From the NCBI GenBank assembly GCA_043798715.1, contig JAZDOK010000001.1:6480-70479 (forward strand): a stretch of 64,000 bases of DNA. The letters run 5' to 3'. Below the pieces are notes generated by a model. It was not told the DNA's origin and made no database searches. It saw nothing but the letters and a program-made list of their open reading frames with translations. A program made the translations under genes and the position numbers. The stretch's first letter is position 1. Each line of letters starts with the position of its first letter. This document shows, one piece after another, positions 50,001-58,495 of this stretch. The DNA is from a bacterium. Its GTDB lineage: Bacteria > Vulcanimicrobiota > JAZDOK01.

Positions 50001-50298
50001 GGAGGCTCAACTCCTCTTCCAAAAAGTCCTGTTATCCTCTCCGGGAGACTTAGAGGCCCTGCAGGGCCTTGGGAACATCCTGCTTGCGGAGAATCGCTGC
50101 CATGAAGCCGCTATAAGATTTCGGGAGATTCTGACTGCGGCACCCAGCAATACCCACGTCCGCTTCAACTTGGCTTTCTGCCTCCTAAGAATGGGGAAGG
50201 CGGAGGAGGCCATGGAGCAATACCGGCAGATTCTCAGGGATGACCCCTACAATATGCAAGTGCTCAAGTTTATCCAGGCGCTGATGAAAAAAAATTGA
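47002..50298 (+). CDS. fused polytopic membrane domain / spermidine synthase-like domain protein with C-terminal TPR repeats
   Basis: N-terminal ~480 aa of multi-TM MFS-like segments. The spermidine synthase fold shows VAVIGLGSGITLD…DLIISEPSNPWIAGITNLFSVEFY. The C-terminal ~300 aa are TPR-like. Confidence 0.7.
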   Translation: MSKKRGYFYIYLCFFFSGLTSLVYETIWTRMLSLIFGHTVLAISTVLAVFMGGLALGSYLLGRWVDDSRRRPMEGLWQWLGKGNSSVPLRLYGILEGIIGLYVLLTPALLGAIEKTYVMIASRGSFSYNALSLACFFMSFLALIIPTTCMGATLPVISKFLIHSREELGGKLGGIYALNTAGAVTGSALAGFVLLPVFGARTSLLAGALINIWIFFLIFYAAHVFAGEKEDDKGSTSPAEEESPAAKKAPAPLPPWIFRWIILSFGFVGFSSMVYEVAWTRAICLAIGSSIYAFSIILTTFLLGIALGSAVFSLFFARRQNSIILLAWVEAAVGASSLLLTFFFGNLPFFFYKIFPVIQGSHFSLVLGDFLLCFAAMIVPTALMGFAFPLVAQICTTSLSSLGKSIGTVYSANTLGCITGSFLAGFVFIPLLGVLNTMKTGILANLVVALALFLCACSILSWRRILVQSLSCLILIGATVALPAWNTGVMSCGPAIYAGMWEQMDRVEFLNKIAQKPVFYKDGLSCTVSVHQAVYPDIEPLKDYAVRKNFVALRVNGKADASTISANMQTQILLGYLPALLHPSPKKVAVIGLGSGITLDTIRQAPEVKRVDCAELEPAVVEAAGYFSKYNHRVLTDSRVRLFTTDGRLLLLASPERYDLIISEPSNPWIAGITNLFSVEFYRICAERLAPGGLVCQWFHLNNLDPSDIKMILNSFYSVFPFGSLWSSGDGRDLILIGQKEDRLIDPARLKRLYEIPVLRQALRKLGFLSPESLLASYLMDAATARKIAALAPLNTDDLPLLEFSAPRSLYQDTTLINLEGLRQFKEEPRLLKDEVASDSPACSHFHLGVAYMAARQKEDALREFEMALSLEPTLTEARIQQGRILMDMGRNSDAERSLLQAFREKQKEARTAYLLGLLSQRKNKWSEAESFFRRALAACAGEEAAFKYVLLLESGRSLAKLGRTREAENALLKASSTQKENLEALRELALLKYRSNRRKEAQLLFQKVLLSSPGDLEALQGLGNILLAENRCHEAAIRFREILTAAPSNTHVRFNLAFCLLRMGKAEEAMEQYRQILRDDPYNMQVLKFIQALMKKN

Positions 50299-50305
50299 CA
50301 TTTCG

Positions 50306-50314
50306 TGGTATAAT
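50306..50314 (+). promoter_or_regulatory. extended -10 promoter element (TGGTATAAT) upstream of the phosphoesterase gene
   Basis: tggtataat forms a TGnTATAAT extended -10 about 84 nt upstream of the GTG at 50398. The nearby TTGACA is only 8 nt away, so it was not used as a -35. Confidence 0.4.
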
Positions 50315-50397
50315 GTATTTAAGAAGAAGTCTCGGAAGGAATGATACGAAAAGACCGGCGGCACCTCTAAACCTATTAGATAAACGGAGGGATTGTT

Positions 50398-51432
50398 GTG
50401 GATGTACCTAATGTAAATATTTCGTTCCCGGAAATTAAAAGACATCCATTGGCTGATGGTCCCAGCCGCTCCAATCATGATGATGTCGAGCCCCGCGACA
50501 CCTACGAACCGCGCAAAGCCGATTCAAAACGGAGAACGCAGAAAGCGGACAAACAAAAGCCCTCGCCTTCGGAAGGAGCCTCCTTAAACCCTGAATCGCA
50601 TCCGTCTCTCGATGGCCGGAAACTGACAAAAATAACCATCCTGCATACCAACGACATTCATGGAAACCTGAAAAACCTGCCGGCCCTCTCCGCGGCGATC
50701 GCCGCGATGATAAAAGAGAATCCCAACGCCATTCTGGTGGACTGCGGAGATCTGGCCTACAATTTTCCTTATTCCGAAACCAATCATTTCGAGCCGATGC
50801 CGGAATTCGTGAACGCGAACCTCTACAACGTCACCGCTCTTGGAAATCACGAATTCCAGTGGCCCAATACGACTCTCCAAAAGGAATTGCTAAGCCAGTT
50901 GAAACCCGACGTCCTGTGCGCCAACGTCCTTGATAAAAATACCGGCCAGCCGATACACGGCCTTAAGCCTTACGTAATAAAGGAAATAGACGGCGTCAAA
51001 GTGGCCTTTATCGGTATCGTCACTGAAGACATGGCGACCCCGGCGCATCCCGAAGTCGGCAAAGATCTGATCAAGCTGGGAGAGAATGAATCTCTGAAGA
51101 AATACGTGGCCGAGGTCAAGGAAAAGGGGGCCGACATCGTTATCGGACTCACGCACCAGGGCCTTGCAGACGACAGAAAATCCGCGGCCGCCGTCCCGGG
51201 GGTGGACCTCATCATCGGAGGCCACGACCACTTCGTAACCGAGGAACCTATCGTCGTCGGCAAATATCCCAGCCAGACCTATATCGTGGAAGCCGGTCAA
51301 TCCGCTAAATACCTGGGGGAAACGACCCTTACTTTTGATACTGAGGCCCGGGAAGTCCTTACCGCAACCATGAGGCCAATCCCTACCGGCCGATACCTGA
51401 TCAATTGCAATGGCGCTCAGAAAGCTTCCTGA
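50398..51432 (+). CDS. calcineurin-like metallophosphoesterase (5'-nucleotidase/UshA N-terminal-like)
   Basis: ILHTNDIHGNL, GDLAYN and GNHEF metal-binding motifs. GTG start with a ggaggg RBS. Confidence 0.7.
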   Translation: MDVPNVNISFPEIKRHPLADGPSRSNHDDVEPRDTYEPRKADSKRRTQKADKQKPSPSEGASLNPESHPSLDGRKLTKITILHTNDIHGNLKNLPALSAAIAAMIKENPNAILVDCGDLAYNFPYSETNHFEPMPEFVNANLYNVTALGNHEFQWPNTTLQKELLSQLKPDVLCANVLDKNTGQPIHGLKPYVIKEIDGVKVAFIGIVTEDMATPAHPEVGKDLIKLGENESLKKYVAEVKEKGADIVIGLTHQGLADDRKSAAAVPGVDLIIGGHDHFVTEEPIVVGKYPSQTYIVEAGQSAKYLGETTLTFDTEAREVLTATMRPIPTGRYLINCNGAQKAS

Positions 51433-51469
51433 CTGCTGATTTGAATCGGGACGGGAATCGTCCCGGTCG

Positions 51470-52765
51470 TCAACCGGCAGTGGTCTTGGCCTGGATATAG
51501 AGAGCGCATTCGGTGCGCTTCTGCTGGAGGCGGCAGGCGACTAAGTCCGGCTTTAGGATGTCCCCATTGACCAGGTGGGCGTTAGCGTGACAGCCCCCGC
51601 TGCAGTAATACTTGGCCCAGCATTCGGGGCATCGCTCCTTGGCGAAAAGATGGGCCGCCGCAAATTTTTCCTTAAGATCCGCCTGGACCTCACCGCTTAA
51701 AACATTTCCCATCAGGAAGCCGTCCCTTCCTATGAACTGGTGGCAGGGGAAGACCTGCCCGCCGGGGGTCACCGCCAGGTACTCCACCCCGGCTCCGCAT
51801 CCCGAGAGCCTCCTGGCCACGCAGAGCGGGGTATCAAGGGAGATCATAAAATGAAAAAAGGTGAAGGGCCGACCCTCTCTCCAGCGCTCAAGGTAAAGCC
51901 CGGTCAGTTTTTCATACTCTTCCTCAAGCACCGGCAGGTCCTCCTGGCGGATTGAAAGGGGAGACTCGGGCCTGGCGATAACCGGCTCCAAAGAGAAATT
52001 TTCTATCCCCTGATCCAGAAAATGCCGGGCCGTCTCCGAGAAGCGAAGACTCTCCCGGGTATATGTTCCCCGCACGTAATAGTTTTCACCACGGCGCGAG
52101 CGGACGGCTTTAAGGATCCCGGGAAGCACCTTCGCGTAGGAGCCATCCTGATTGGGAAAACGGCGCATCCGGTCGTTGATCTCCGGCGGCCCGTCCAGGC
52201 TGAGAATAAGGCTCAGGCCGTTCTGGTTCAGAAAATTCAGGACCTCGTCATTGAGAAGAATGGCAGTGGTAGTAAGGGTGAAAGCGATGATTTTCCCGGC
52301 CTTTTCGGCGGCTGATCGGCCATAGGCAAGCGTCTCCTTGACTACGGAGAAATTCAGCAGAGGTTCCCCCCCGAAAAAATCCACCTGCAGTTTTTTTCGA
52401 TCTCCGGAACGGCTGAGCAAAAAATCAATGGCGGCCCGGGCCACCTCAAAGGGCATATCGCCTTCTTCGGCGGCAGGAGAGGCATAAGAGGCAAAGCAAT
52501 ACCCGCAGGAGAGGTTGCACCGGTGGGAGACGTTGAGGCAGAGTGCCTTGAGCGGCCTCGAGGGCGAAGGGAGAGGGGGTGCGGTCCGGATTTCTTCCCG
52601 GCTTCGGATAAATTCGAGTTCTTTTATAACCTCGTCTTTCGCCCCGCTTAAGCCGCTCAGAGCCTGCCAGGCCTCATCATCCAAAAGGTAGAGTCCCCCG
52701 CGTTCGCCGGCCAGCAGATGCTCCGAGCCCACGCTGAAAGGATGAAAATCGGGTTCCGAAAACAA
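51470..52765 (-). CDS. radical SAM protein with C-terminal SPASM domain (anaerobic sulfatase-maturating enzyme-like)
   Basis: RCNLSCGYCF radical-SAM cluster motif near the N-terminus. Cys-rich SPASM twitch (CVARRLSGCGAGVEY…CHQF…CPECWAKYYCSGGC). Confidence 0.7.
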   Translation of the reverse strand: MFSEPDFHPFSVGSEHLLAGERGGLYLLDDEAWQALSGLSGAKDEVIKELEFIRSREEIRTAPPLPSPSRPLKALCLNVSHRCNLSCGYCFASYASPAAEEGDMPFEVARAAIDFLLSRSGDRKKLQVDFFGGEPLLNFSVVKETLAYGRSAAEKAGKIIAFTLTTTAILLNDEVLNFLNQNGLSLILSLDGPPEINDRMRRFPNQDGSYAKVLPGILKAVRSRRGENYYVRGTYTRESLRFSETARHFLDQGIENFSLEPVIARPESPLSIRQEDLPVLEEEYEKLTGLYLERWREGRPFTFFHFMISLDTPLCVARRLSGCGAGVEYLAVTPGGQVFPCHQFIGRDGFLMGNVLSGEVQADLKEKFAAAHLFAKERCPECWAKYYCSGGCHANAHLVNGDILKPDLVACRLQQKRTECALYIQAKTTAG

Positions 52766-52844
52766 ATTAAGCCTCCAGGATGAAAAAAATAAAGGGAAAT
52801 TCTCCCGCCAACGAGAATTTCACTCAATCAAAATTCGAGGGGGA

Positions 52845-53156
52845 ATGAAGATGTCCCTTTTTGACAAAGTCGGTCAGCAGGCAAAAAAAGGACTTGACAT
52901 GGCCATCCGCTCATCCGAGAAGATGATGCGGATCGAGCGTCTCAAGCTTGATGTTGCGGAATTCAAGCGGAAGAAGACCAGTTTCATGAAGGAACTGGCC
53001 AACAAGGTCTATGAAGAGTATACCAAAAACATGATTCAGGACCCCGAACTCATCCGTATATGCCAGGAAATCAAGGCCCAGCAGTGGCAGATAGACGAAC
53101 GCTGGACTGAAATCAACAACATGAAGAATGATAAGAGTCCTTCTGGCAACGGCTAA
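52845..53156 (+). CDS. hypothetical protein (103 aa)
   Basis: gaggggg RBS. It overlaps the rdgB start by 29 nt. No motifs. Confidence 0.3.
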   Translation: MKMSLFDKVGQQAKKGLDMAIRSSEKMMRIERLKLDVAEFKRKKTSFMKELANKVYEEYTKNMIQDPELIRICQEIKAQQWQIDERWTEINNMKNDKSPSGNG

Positions 53157-53766
53157 CCAGCATAAGGTCCGAGAAATCTCGGAGCTTCTTGCCGGCCTGC
53201 CCCTGGACATCCGGACCCTTTCCGATTATCCCGATCTTCCTCCTTTAAGTGAAGACGGGAACAGTTACGAGGAAAACTCCCGGAAAAAAGCGCTGTGCGT
53301 CCTGGACGCGACCTCCGTGCTCACCCTGGCGGACGATTCAGGCCTTGAGGTGGACGCCCTGGACGGAGCTCCGGGGATTTTTTCGGCCCGTTTCGGGGGA
53401 GAGAACCTCTCTTTTGCAGAGAAAAACAGGATGATTCTCTCGCTTCTTAAAGAAATCCCCGAGAATAAACGAACCGCCCGTTTCATCTGCACCGCCACCC
53501 TGGCCTTCCCCGGAGGCCGGATCGAGACCTTCAGCGGCATATGCGAAGGCGTGATTGCCCACGAACCCAGCGGCGAACACGGCTTCGGCTACGACCCCAT
53601 CTTTTTTCTTCCCGAATTCGGCAAGACCATGGCCGAGCTTTCTTCAGAGGAGAAAAACAGGATCAGCCACCGCGCCAGAGCCTTTCAGAAAGTCCGATCC
53701 TGTCTCCAAGACTGCCTGAGACGGCCTTTTGAACCGGCGACAGAGGCCCCCATACGAGATCTATAA
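53128..53766 (+). CDS. rdgB: non-canonical purine NTP pyrophosphatase (Ham1/RdgB family)
   Basis: MIRVLLATANQHKVREI…, SGLEVDAL…G, FGYDPIF motifs. Confidence 0.85.
   Translation: MIRVLLATANQHKVREISELLAGLPLDIRTLSDYPDLPPLSEDGNSYEENSRKKALCVLDATSVLTLADDSGLEVDALDGAPGIFSARFGGENLSFAEKNRMILSLLKEIPENKRTARFICTATLAFPGGRIETFSGICEGVIAHEPSGEHGFGYDPIFFLPEFGKTMAELSSEEKNRISHRARAFQKVRSCLQDCLRRPFEPATEAPIRDL
53735..53762. repeat. direct repeat DR-L flanking the brnTA insertion (overlaps rdgB 3' end)
   Basis: CGGCGACAGAGGCCCCCATACGAGATCT recurs at 54634-54673 with a 12-nt insertion. Confidence 0.6.
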
Positions 53767-53912
53767 TTGAAAGAAAGGGGAGGAGGGGGTGTTTCCCTAA
53801 GAAAGGCGTTGCGGAGGCCGAGCGGGCACGGTGTCCCGCCAAAGGCGGGACGAGCGAGGCTGAGCACCGAATCGCGATTTTCACGCTGGGAAAATCGACG
53901 GTGTACTTTCGT

Positions 53913-53935
53913 GGGGAATACCCCCGACAGCCCCG
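53913..53935. repeat. short conserved motif GGGGAATACCCCCGACAGCCCCG (copy 2 of 2)
   Basis: A near-identical 23-mer occurs at 18700-18722 (GGGGGTATCCCCCGACAGCCCCG). Both copies lie ~75-100 nt upstream of toxin-antitoxin operons. Confidence 0.55.
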
Positions 53936-54010
53936 TATTGGAGAATGCTTACGTTCATGCATGAAAGAAAATCATAAAAAAAGAATAATGCTTTTGTAAT
54001 ACATAAAAAT

Positions 54011-54020
54011 ATGATATAAT
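54011..54020 (+). promoter_or_regulatory. extended -10 promoter (TGATATAAT) for brnTA
   Basis: AT-rich stretch with TTGTAA 15 nt upstream. The TGnTATAAT ends ~19 nt before brnT. Confidence 0.45.
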
Positions 54021-54038
54021 ACAAATGAAGGCAAGACG

Positions 54039-54332
54039 ATGAAGTTAATAAAGCTCCTATGGGATGAAGAAAATCGCGCCCATATCGCCCGACATGAGGT
54101 AACTCCGGAGGAGGTCGAGGAAATATGCACCTGCGAAGACCCCAAGCCGCGGATTGAAAAGGGGAAGAAGTCAAGAAATCGGCCGGGCCTTAATTTGTAC
54201 TATGTGCTTGGCAAAACGGCGGGCGGCCGCTATATCTTTATCGTCTTCCGCCCAAAGAGGAAAGGCGAAGCGCGGGTCATCACGGCCCGGGAGATGGATT
54301 CAAAAGAGCGAAGCCGTTATGGAAGAAGGTGA
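54039..54332 (+). CDS. brnT: BrnT-family toxin (DUF497)
   Basis: The MKLIKLLWDEENRAHIARHEVTPEEVEE… pattern is typical of BrnT ribonuclease toxins. It is followed by an overlapping antitoxin gene. Confidence 0.7.
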   Translation: MKLIKLLWDEENRAHIARHEVTPEEVEEICTCEDPKPRIEKGKKSRNRPGLNLYYVLGKTAGGRYIFIVFRPKRKGEARVITAREMDSKERSRYGRR

Positions 54333-54613
54333 TTGAAATGGCAAAAATTCCGTCTTTCAAGAAGGACGAGGAGGCCGCTGCTTTCTGGGAGACTCATTCC
54401 CTGGCTGACTTTGATGAGGATCTGGAGCTTGCCTCTGAGGTTGCATTTGAATTACCCCAGAAGCAGACCTTATCGGTAAGGCTGGACGCCCGGGACGTCC
54501 AGTTGCTGAAAAAATTAGCCCGGTATAAGGGCATCGGTCATTCCACTCTGGCCCGTATTTGGGTCAAAGAAAAGCTGGATGAAGTGACCCATCGCCCAAA
54601 GCACCGCGCCTGA
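54329..54613 (+). CDS. brnA: BrnA-family antitoxin (ribbon-helix-helix)
   Basis: The C-terminal CopG/RHH-like segment is STLARIWVKEKL. It has a GTGA overlap with brnT. The alternative ATG at 54338 is in frame. Confidence 0.65.
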   Translation: MIEMAKIPSFKKDEEAAAFWETHSLADFDEDLELASEVAFELPQKQTLSVRLDARDVQLLKKLARYKGIGHSTLARIWVKEKLDEVTHRPKHRA

Positions 54614-54633
54614 GTGTCCCTGCCCATTGACCG

Positions 54634-54673
54634 CGGCGACAGAGGCCCCCTGAGTGACTTTCGTATGAGATCT
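54634..54673. repeat. direct repeat DR-R flanking the brnTA insertion
   Basis: CGGCGACAGAGGCCCCC-(12 nt)-GTATGAGATCT. See DR-L. Confidence 0.6.
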
Positions 54674-54718
54674 GATCGCTGTCAGCCGACAGCCGGCAGC
54701 TCACGGGATAAAATCGAG

Positions 54719-54747
54719 TTGTCAAGTCAAAAGCTTTGTGCTATAAT
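54719..54747 (+). promoter_or_regulatory. consensus sigma70 promoter for rpmE
   Basis: TTGTCA, then 17 nt, then TATAAT, ending ~33 nt upstream of the rpmE ATG. Confidence 0.6.
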
Positions 54748-54780
54748 GAGCCCCGTCATTATTTTGGGCGAGGTGTAACC

Positions 54781-54993
54781 ATGAAAGAGAAGATTCATCC
54801 TGCGTGGCACGAAGTGACGGTGACCTGCAGTTGCGGGTCCAGCTTCAAGAGTTTTTCCACCATTAAGGAGCTCAAGACCGAACACTGCTCCCAATGCCAT
54901 CCCTTTTATACGGGCAAGCAGAAACAATTATCGACCAAGGAGGGCCAGGTCGAAAAATTCCGTCAGCGTTACGGAATAAAGGAAGAGGCCTAG
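54781..54993 (+). CDS. rpmE: 50S ribosomal protein L31
   Basis: MKEKIHP…CSCG…CSQCHPFYTGKQ zinc-ribbon L31 signature. Confidence 0.9.
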   Translation: MKEKIHPAWHEVTVTCSCGSSFKSFSTIKELKTEHCSQCHPFYTGKQKQLSTKEGQVEKFRQRYGIKEEA

Positions 54994-55034
54994 CCATAAT
55001 TTTTTTCCGGAGGCCCCCGCGCCTCCGGGCGCCT

Positions 55035-55060
55035 AGAGAGCCGGGGCTCTCTATTTTTTT
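55035..55060 (+). terminator. rho-independent terminator after rpmE (preceded by a second GC hairpin at 55007-55028)
   Basis: AGAGAGCC-GGGG-CTCTCT followed by ATTTTTTT. Confidence 0.65.
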
Positions 55061-55072
55061 GGGGGGAAATAT

Positions 55073-55765
55073 ATGAAAGTTTCCCTGATCGGCCATACCG
55101 GAAGTCCCGAGGAGATTGTGGCTGCAGCGGCCTTTCAATGCTATGCAGCGGCGGGAGCGGAACAGCTTCTTAAGGATCTTGACAGGAAAAAAGCTTCCCG
55201 GCGCATCAGCGATTGTCTTTCCGCCGGGCACCACTCGGTCCTCGAACATGCCTCCTTTACTTTCGCCGTAGAGGGCATCTCCCGCGTCACCAGCCACCAG
55301 CTCGTCCGCCACCGCCTGGCCTCCTACTCCCAGCAGAGCCAGCGGCACGTGCGGATGGGGGCCGGAGGAGAATACGTGGTTCCACCCGGCATCGGGAAGC
55401 GGCCGGATCTTAAAGCGCGCGTCGAGAAACTCTTCCGGGATGCCTCCGATCTCTACTCCCAACTGATTGAGTCGGACGTCCCGCCCGAGGACGCCCGCTA
55501 CGTCATCCCATCCGCGGCCATGACCAAGATAGTCCTCACCATGAACGCACGGGAACTTCTGCATTTTTTTTCCCTCCGCTTATGCCGGAAGGCGCAGTGG
55601 GAAATAAGGGAACTGGCCGGACTGATGTTGAAAGAGGTGCGCCCGGCGGCGGCGGAACTCTTCAAATCGGCGGGGCCGCCGTGCCGGGAAGGTACCTGTC
55701 CCGAGGGCGACGCGGCCTGTGAAAAAAAGATGAAATCCGACAGGGTGAAAAGAGGACGGCCATGA
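55073..55765 (+). CDS. thyX: FAD-dependent thymidylate synthase
   Basis: ThyX motif [14 protein letters not shown] and a conserved HH…SVLEH region. Confidence 0.85.
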   Translation: MKVSLIGHTGSPEEIVAAAAFQCYAAAGAEQLLKDLDRKKASRRISDCLSAGHHSVLEHASFTFAVEGISRVTSHQLVRHRLASYSQQSQRHVRMGAGGEYVVPPGIGKRPDLKARVEKLFRDASDLYSQLIESDVPPEDARYVIPSAAMTKIVLTMNARELLHFFSLRLCRKAQWEIRELAGLMLKEVRPAAAELFKSAGPPCREGTCPEGDAACEKKMKSDRVKRGRP

Positions 55766-56367
55766 TGCAATTTTCAGGCGGATGGATCGAGGCCATCTGC
55801 GGCAGCATGTTCAGCGGTAAAAGCGAGGAATTAATCCGCCGGGTCCGCCGCGCGGAGATAGCCCGCCAGAAGGTGCAGGTCTTCAAGCCGACCCTGGACA
55901 CCCGCTCGGGAAATATCTGCTCGCACAGCGGCCTGGCGACCGACTGCGTTCTGGTTGATGAAAAAAATCCTTCCCTCATCCTCAAGCAAATTCGCCCGGA
56001 AACGCACGTAGTGGCCATTGACGAAATCCAGTTTTTCTCGGATGAGGTCGTCCCGGTCTGTCAGAAACTGGCCGACCGGGGCATCCGCGTGATCGTAGCC
56101 GGCCTGGATCAGGACTTCAGGGGCCGGCCATTCGGCCCGATGCCCACTCTTCTGGCCGTCGCCGAAGTTGCGGACAAGCTCCAGGCAATCTGCTCCGTCT
56201 GCGGAAGCACCGCGAGCCGCTCCCAGCGCCTCATAGACGGCGCCCCCGCCCGTTTTGACAGCCCCACCATCGCTATCGGAGCCAGTGAAAAATACGAGGC
56301 CCGATGCCGCACCTGCCACCAGGTTCCCGGTTCCGAGCCTTCCTCTTCAGATGTGGAAGTACCGTGA
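55762..56367 (+). CDS. tdk: thymidine kinase
   Basis: P-loop [11 protein letters not shown], the [10 protein letters not shown] region and C-terminal Zn-ribbon cysteines CSVCG…CRTC. Confidence 0.85.
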   Translation: MMQFSGGWIEAICGSMFSGKSEELIRRVRRAEIARQKVQVFKPTLDTRSGNICSHSGLATDCVLVDEKNPSLILKQIRPETHVVAIDEIQFFSDEVVPVCQKLADRGIRVIVAGLDQDFRGRPFGPMPTLLAVAEVADKLQAICSVCGSTASRSQRLIDGAPARFDSPTIAIGASEKYEARCRTCHQVPGSEPSSSDVEVP

Positions 56368-56909
56368 ACGCTTTGCGCCTCGCCCTGGCATTTCTTAAAA
56401 TCGGAACATTGAGCTTCGGCGGGGGCTATGCCGGGATCACCTTCATCGAGCAGGAGATCGTGAAGGTCCGCGGATGGATGCCCCAGGATGAGTTTCTTCG
56501 CGGCCTGGCCCTGGCGCAACTGGCTCCGGGCCCGGTCATGACGAACCTGGCCGCCTTCATCGGCTACCGTCTCAAGGGAGTCCCGGGAGGAGCGCTGGCA
56601 ATACTCAGCCTCCTTTTTCCATCCTTCTGCCTGGTGCTCCTGATCGCAGCTCTTTTCGGCAGATTCTCCGCTTCTTCTTCCTTCCAGGCCATTCTGAATG
56701 GAGTCACCCCGGCGATCCTGGGAATTCTGGCGGCGGTCACCGCCAGGCTCGCCATGGCCCACCTTCGAAGCGCCCTTCCCCTCCTTCTGGCCCTGGCCTC
56801 TTTCACCCTCATCTTCTTCCTGAATATTCACTCTCTCTACGTAATGCTGGGAGCCGTCCTGATTGCCGTCGTCGTCTCAGTTCTTAAAGGGAGAATAAAA
56901 ACGTGCTGA
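56364..56909 (+). CDS. chrA: chromate transporter family protein, N-terminal-type half
   Basis: CHR family signature [16 protein letters not shown]…PGP. GTG start overlapping the tdk stop. Confidence 0.7.
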   Translation: MNALRLALAFLKIGTLSFGGGYAGITFIEQEIVKVRGWMPQDEFLRGLALAQLAPGPVMTNLAAFIGYRLKGVPGGALAILSLLFPSFCLVLLIAALFGRFSASSSFQAILNGVTPAILGILAAVTARLAMAHLRSALPLLLALASFTLIFFLNIHSLYVMLGAVLIAVVVSVLKGRIKTC

Positions 56910-57415
56910 ACCTCTTTCTGGTTTTTCTCAAGCTCGGCACCTGCGTCTTCGGGGGCGGTTATGCCGCCATTCCTCTAATGAAAAGCGAGATCGTGGACCA
57001 TCTGGGATGGCTGACCAACGATGCCTTTTTGAATGCCATCGCCGTGGGGCAGGTCACCCCGGGGCCGGTGGCGATCAGCGCGACTTTCATCGGATATCGG
57101 GTGGGAGGATTAGGAGGAGCCCTGGCCGCAACCGCGGGGATGTTTCTTCCTTCCTTCCTGATCATGCTTCTTCTCTCGGCTTTCTACTGCCGATATTGCC
57201 GGGAACAGGATCTAAAGAGTTTCTCAAGAGTTGTCCTGCCGGTTGTCATCGGCCTACTGCTGGCTGTCCTCCTGGATCTCGGAGTCCCTGCCTTCCCCTC
57301 CCTTACGGCCTGGGCCATCGGGGGAGCGGCCTTCCTCCTTACCCTGTGGGGAAAGGTGGATTACAGTCTGACCGTCATCCTTTCAGGATTTGCCGGATTT
57401 ATGATGTTGAAATAA
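56903..57415 (+). CDS. chrA: chromate transporter family protein, C-terminal-type half
   Basis: Second CHR repeat FLKLGTCVFGGGYAAIPLM…GQVTPGP. Together with the N-terminal half this forms a short-chain CHR pair. Confidence 0.7.
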   Translation: MLNLFLVFLKLGTCVFGGGYAAIPLMKSEIVDHLGWLTNDAFLNAIAVGQVTPGPVAISATFIGYRVGGLGGALAATAGMFLPSFLIMLLLSAFYCRYCREQDLKSFSRVVLPVVIGLLLAVLLDLGVPAFPSLTAWAIGGAAFLLTLWGKVDYSLTVILSGFAGFMMLK

Positions 57416-57418
57416 GAG

Positions 57419-58495
57419 GTGGTTTCCTTGATAGAAAAACTGTTGAGCTATGAAAAAAAATATGATGAACTGACGAAAAGACTCTGTGACCAGGAGTTGA
57501 TCAGCAATATTCACGAGTATCATAAAGTCGCCAAGGAGAGGGCCTCCATCGAAGAGGTGGTCCACCGTTTCAATAATTACAGGAAGCTCCTGGGGGAACT
57601 GGAAGAGGCTCAGAAAATGCTTCGGGCGGAACAGGACCCCGATTTCAGAGTCTTCCTGGAACAGGAAATCGAGAAATTTCAGAAAAGCAAAAACGAACAG
57701 GAACAATCGCTCCAGCTCCTTCTCCTGCCGAAGGATCCTTACGCCGACCGGAACATCATCATGGAAATACGCGGCGGCGCCGGCGGAGAAGAGGCGGCTC
57801 TCTTCGCCGGAGAGCTCTTCCGCATGTACACGAGGTATGCAGAGCGGCGGGGCTGGAAGTACGAGGTCATGAACTCGAACCCGACCGAACTGGGGGGGTT
57901 CAAGGAGGTCGTTTTTTCCATCGCCGGCTCCGGCGTCTGGTCCGAGATGAAATTCGAAAGCGGCGTCCACCGCGTTCAGCGCGTACCGGCCACCGAGGCC
58001 AGCGGCCGGATCCATACCTCCACGGTGACCGTGGCCGTCCTCGCGGAGGCGGAAGATGTGGACGTGCAGATAAACCCGCAGGAGCTCAGGATTGACACCT
58101 ACCGCTCATCAGGAGCCGGGGGCCAGCACGTGAACAAGACCGACTCGGCAATCCGCATCACCCACCTTCCCACCGGCATCGTAGTGGCCTGCCAGGACGA
58201 ACGCTCACAGCACCAGAACCGTGAAAAGGCCATGAGGATTTTGCGCTCCACGATCCTGGAGCGCCTCATGGCCCAGCAGGAGCAGGAAATCGCCCAGGCC
58301 CGCCGCTCGCAGGTCGGGCGGGGGGACCGGAGCGAGAAAATCCGCACCTACAATTTCCCCCAGAGCCGGGTGACCGATCACCGTATCGGCCTGACTGTGC
58401 ACAGTATCGAGAGATTCCTGGCCGGGGAACTGGATGAGATGCTCCAGGCGCTCGTCCTATCCGAACAGGAGGAACTCTTAAAAGAGCTTATTTAA
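57419..58495 (+). CDS. prfA: peptide chain release factor 1
   Basis: [11 protein letters not shown] motif. The PAT tripeptide indicates RF1, not RF2. GTG start. Confidence 0.85.
   Translation: MVSLIEKLLSYEKKYDELTKRLCDQELISNIHEYHKVAKERASIEEVVHRFNNYRKLLGELEEAQKMLRAEQDPDFRVFLEQEIEKFQKSKNEQEQSLQLLLLPKDPYADRNIIMEIRGGAGGEEAALFAGELFRMYTRYAERRGWKYEVMNSNPTELGGFKEVVFSIAGSGVWSEMKFESGVHRVQRVPATEASGRIHTSTVTVAVLAEAEDVDVQINPQELRIDTYRSSGAGGQHVNKTDSAIRITHLPTGIVVACQDERSQHQNREKAMRILRSTILERLMAQQEQEIAQARRSQVGRGDRSEKIRTYNFPQSRVTDHRIGLTVHSIERFLAGELDEMLQALVLSEQEELLKELI

Noticed and set aside
50295-50314. TTGACA immediately upstream of TATAAT at 50295-50314 as a canonical -35/-10 pair
   Set aside because: The spacer is only 8 nt. 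The -10 was kept as an extended -10 (TGGTATAAT) promoter instead.
53767-53912. Possible structured ncRNA or tRNA in the GC-rich part of the brnTA insertion (gcgggcacggtgtcccgcc hairpins)
   Set aside because: No tRNA T-loop or anticodon-arm architecture is recognisable by eye. It could be the leader of the inserted cassette. This cannot be confirmed without covariance-model scans.
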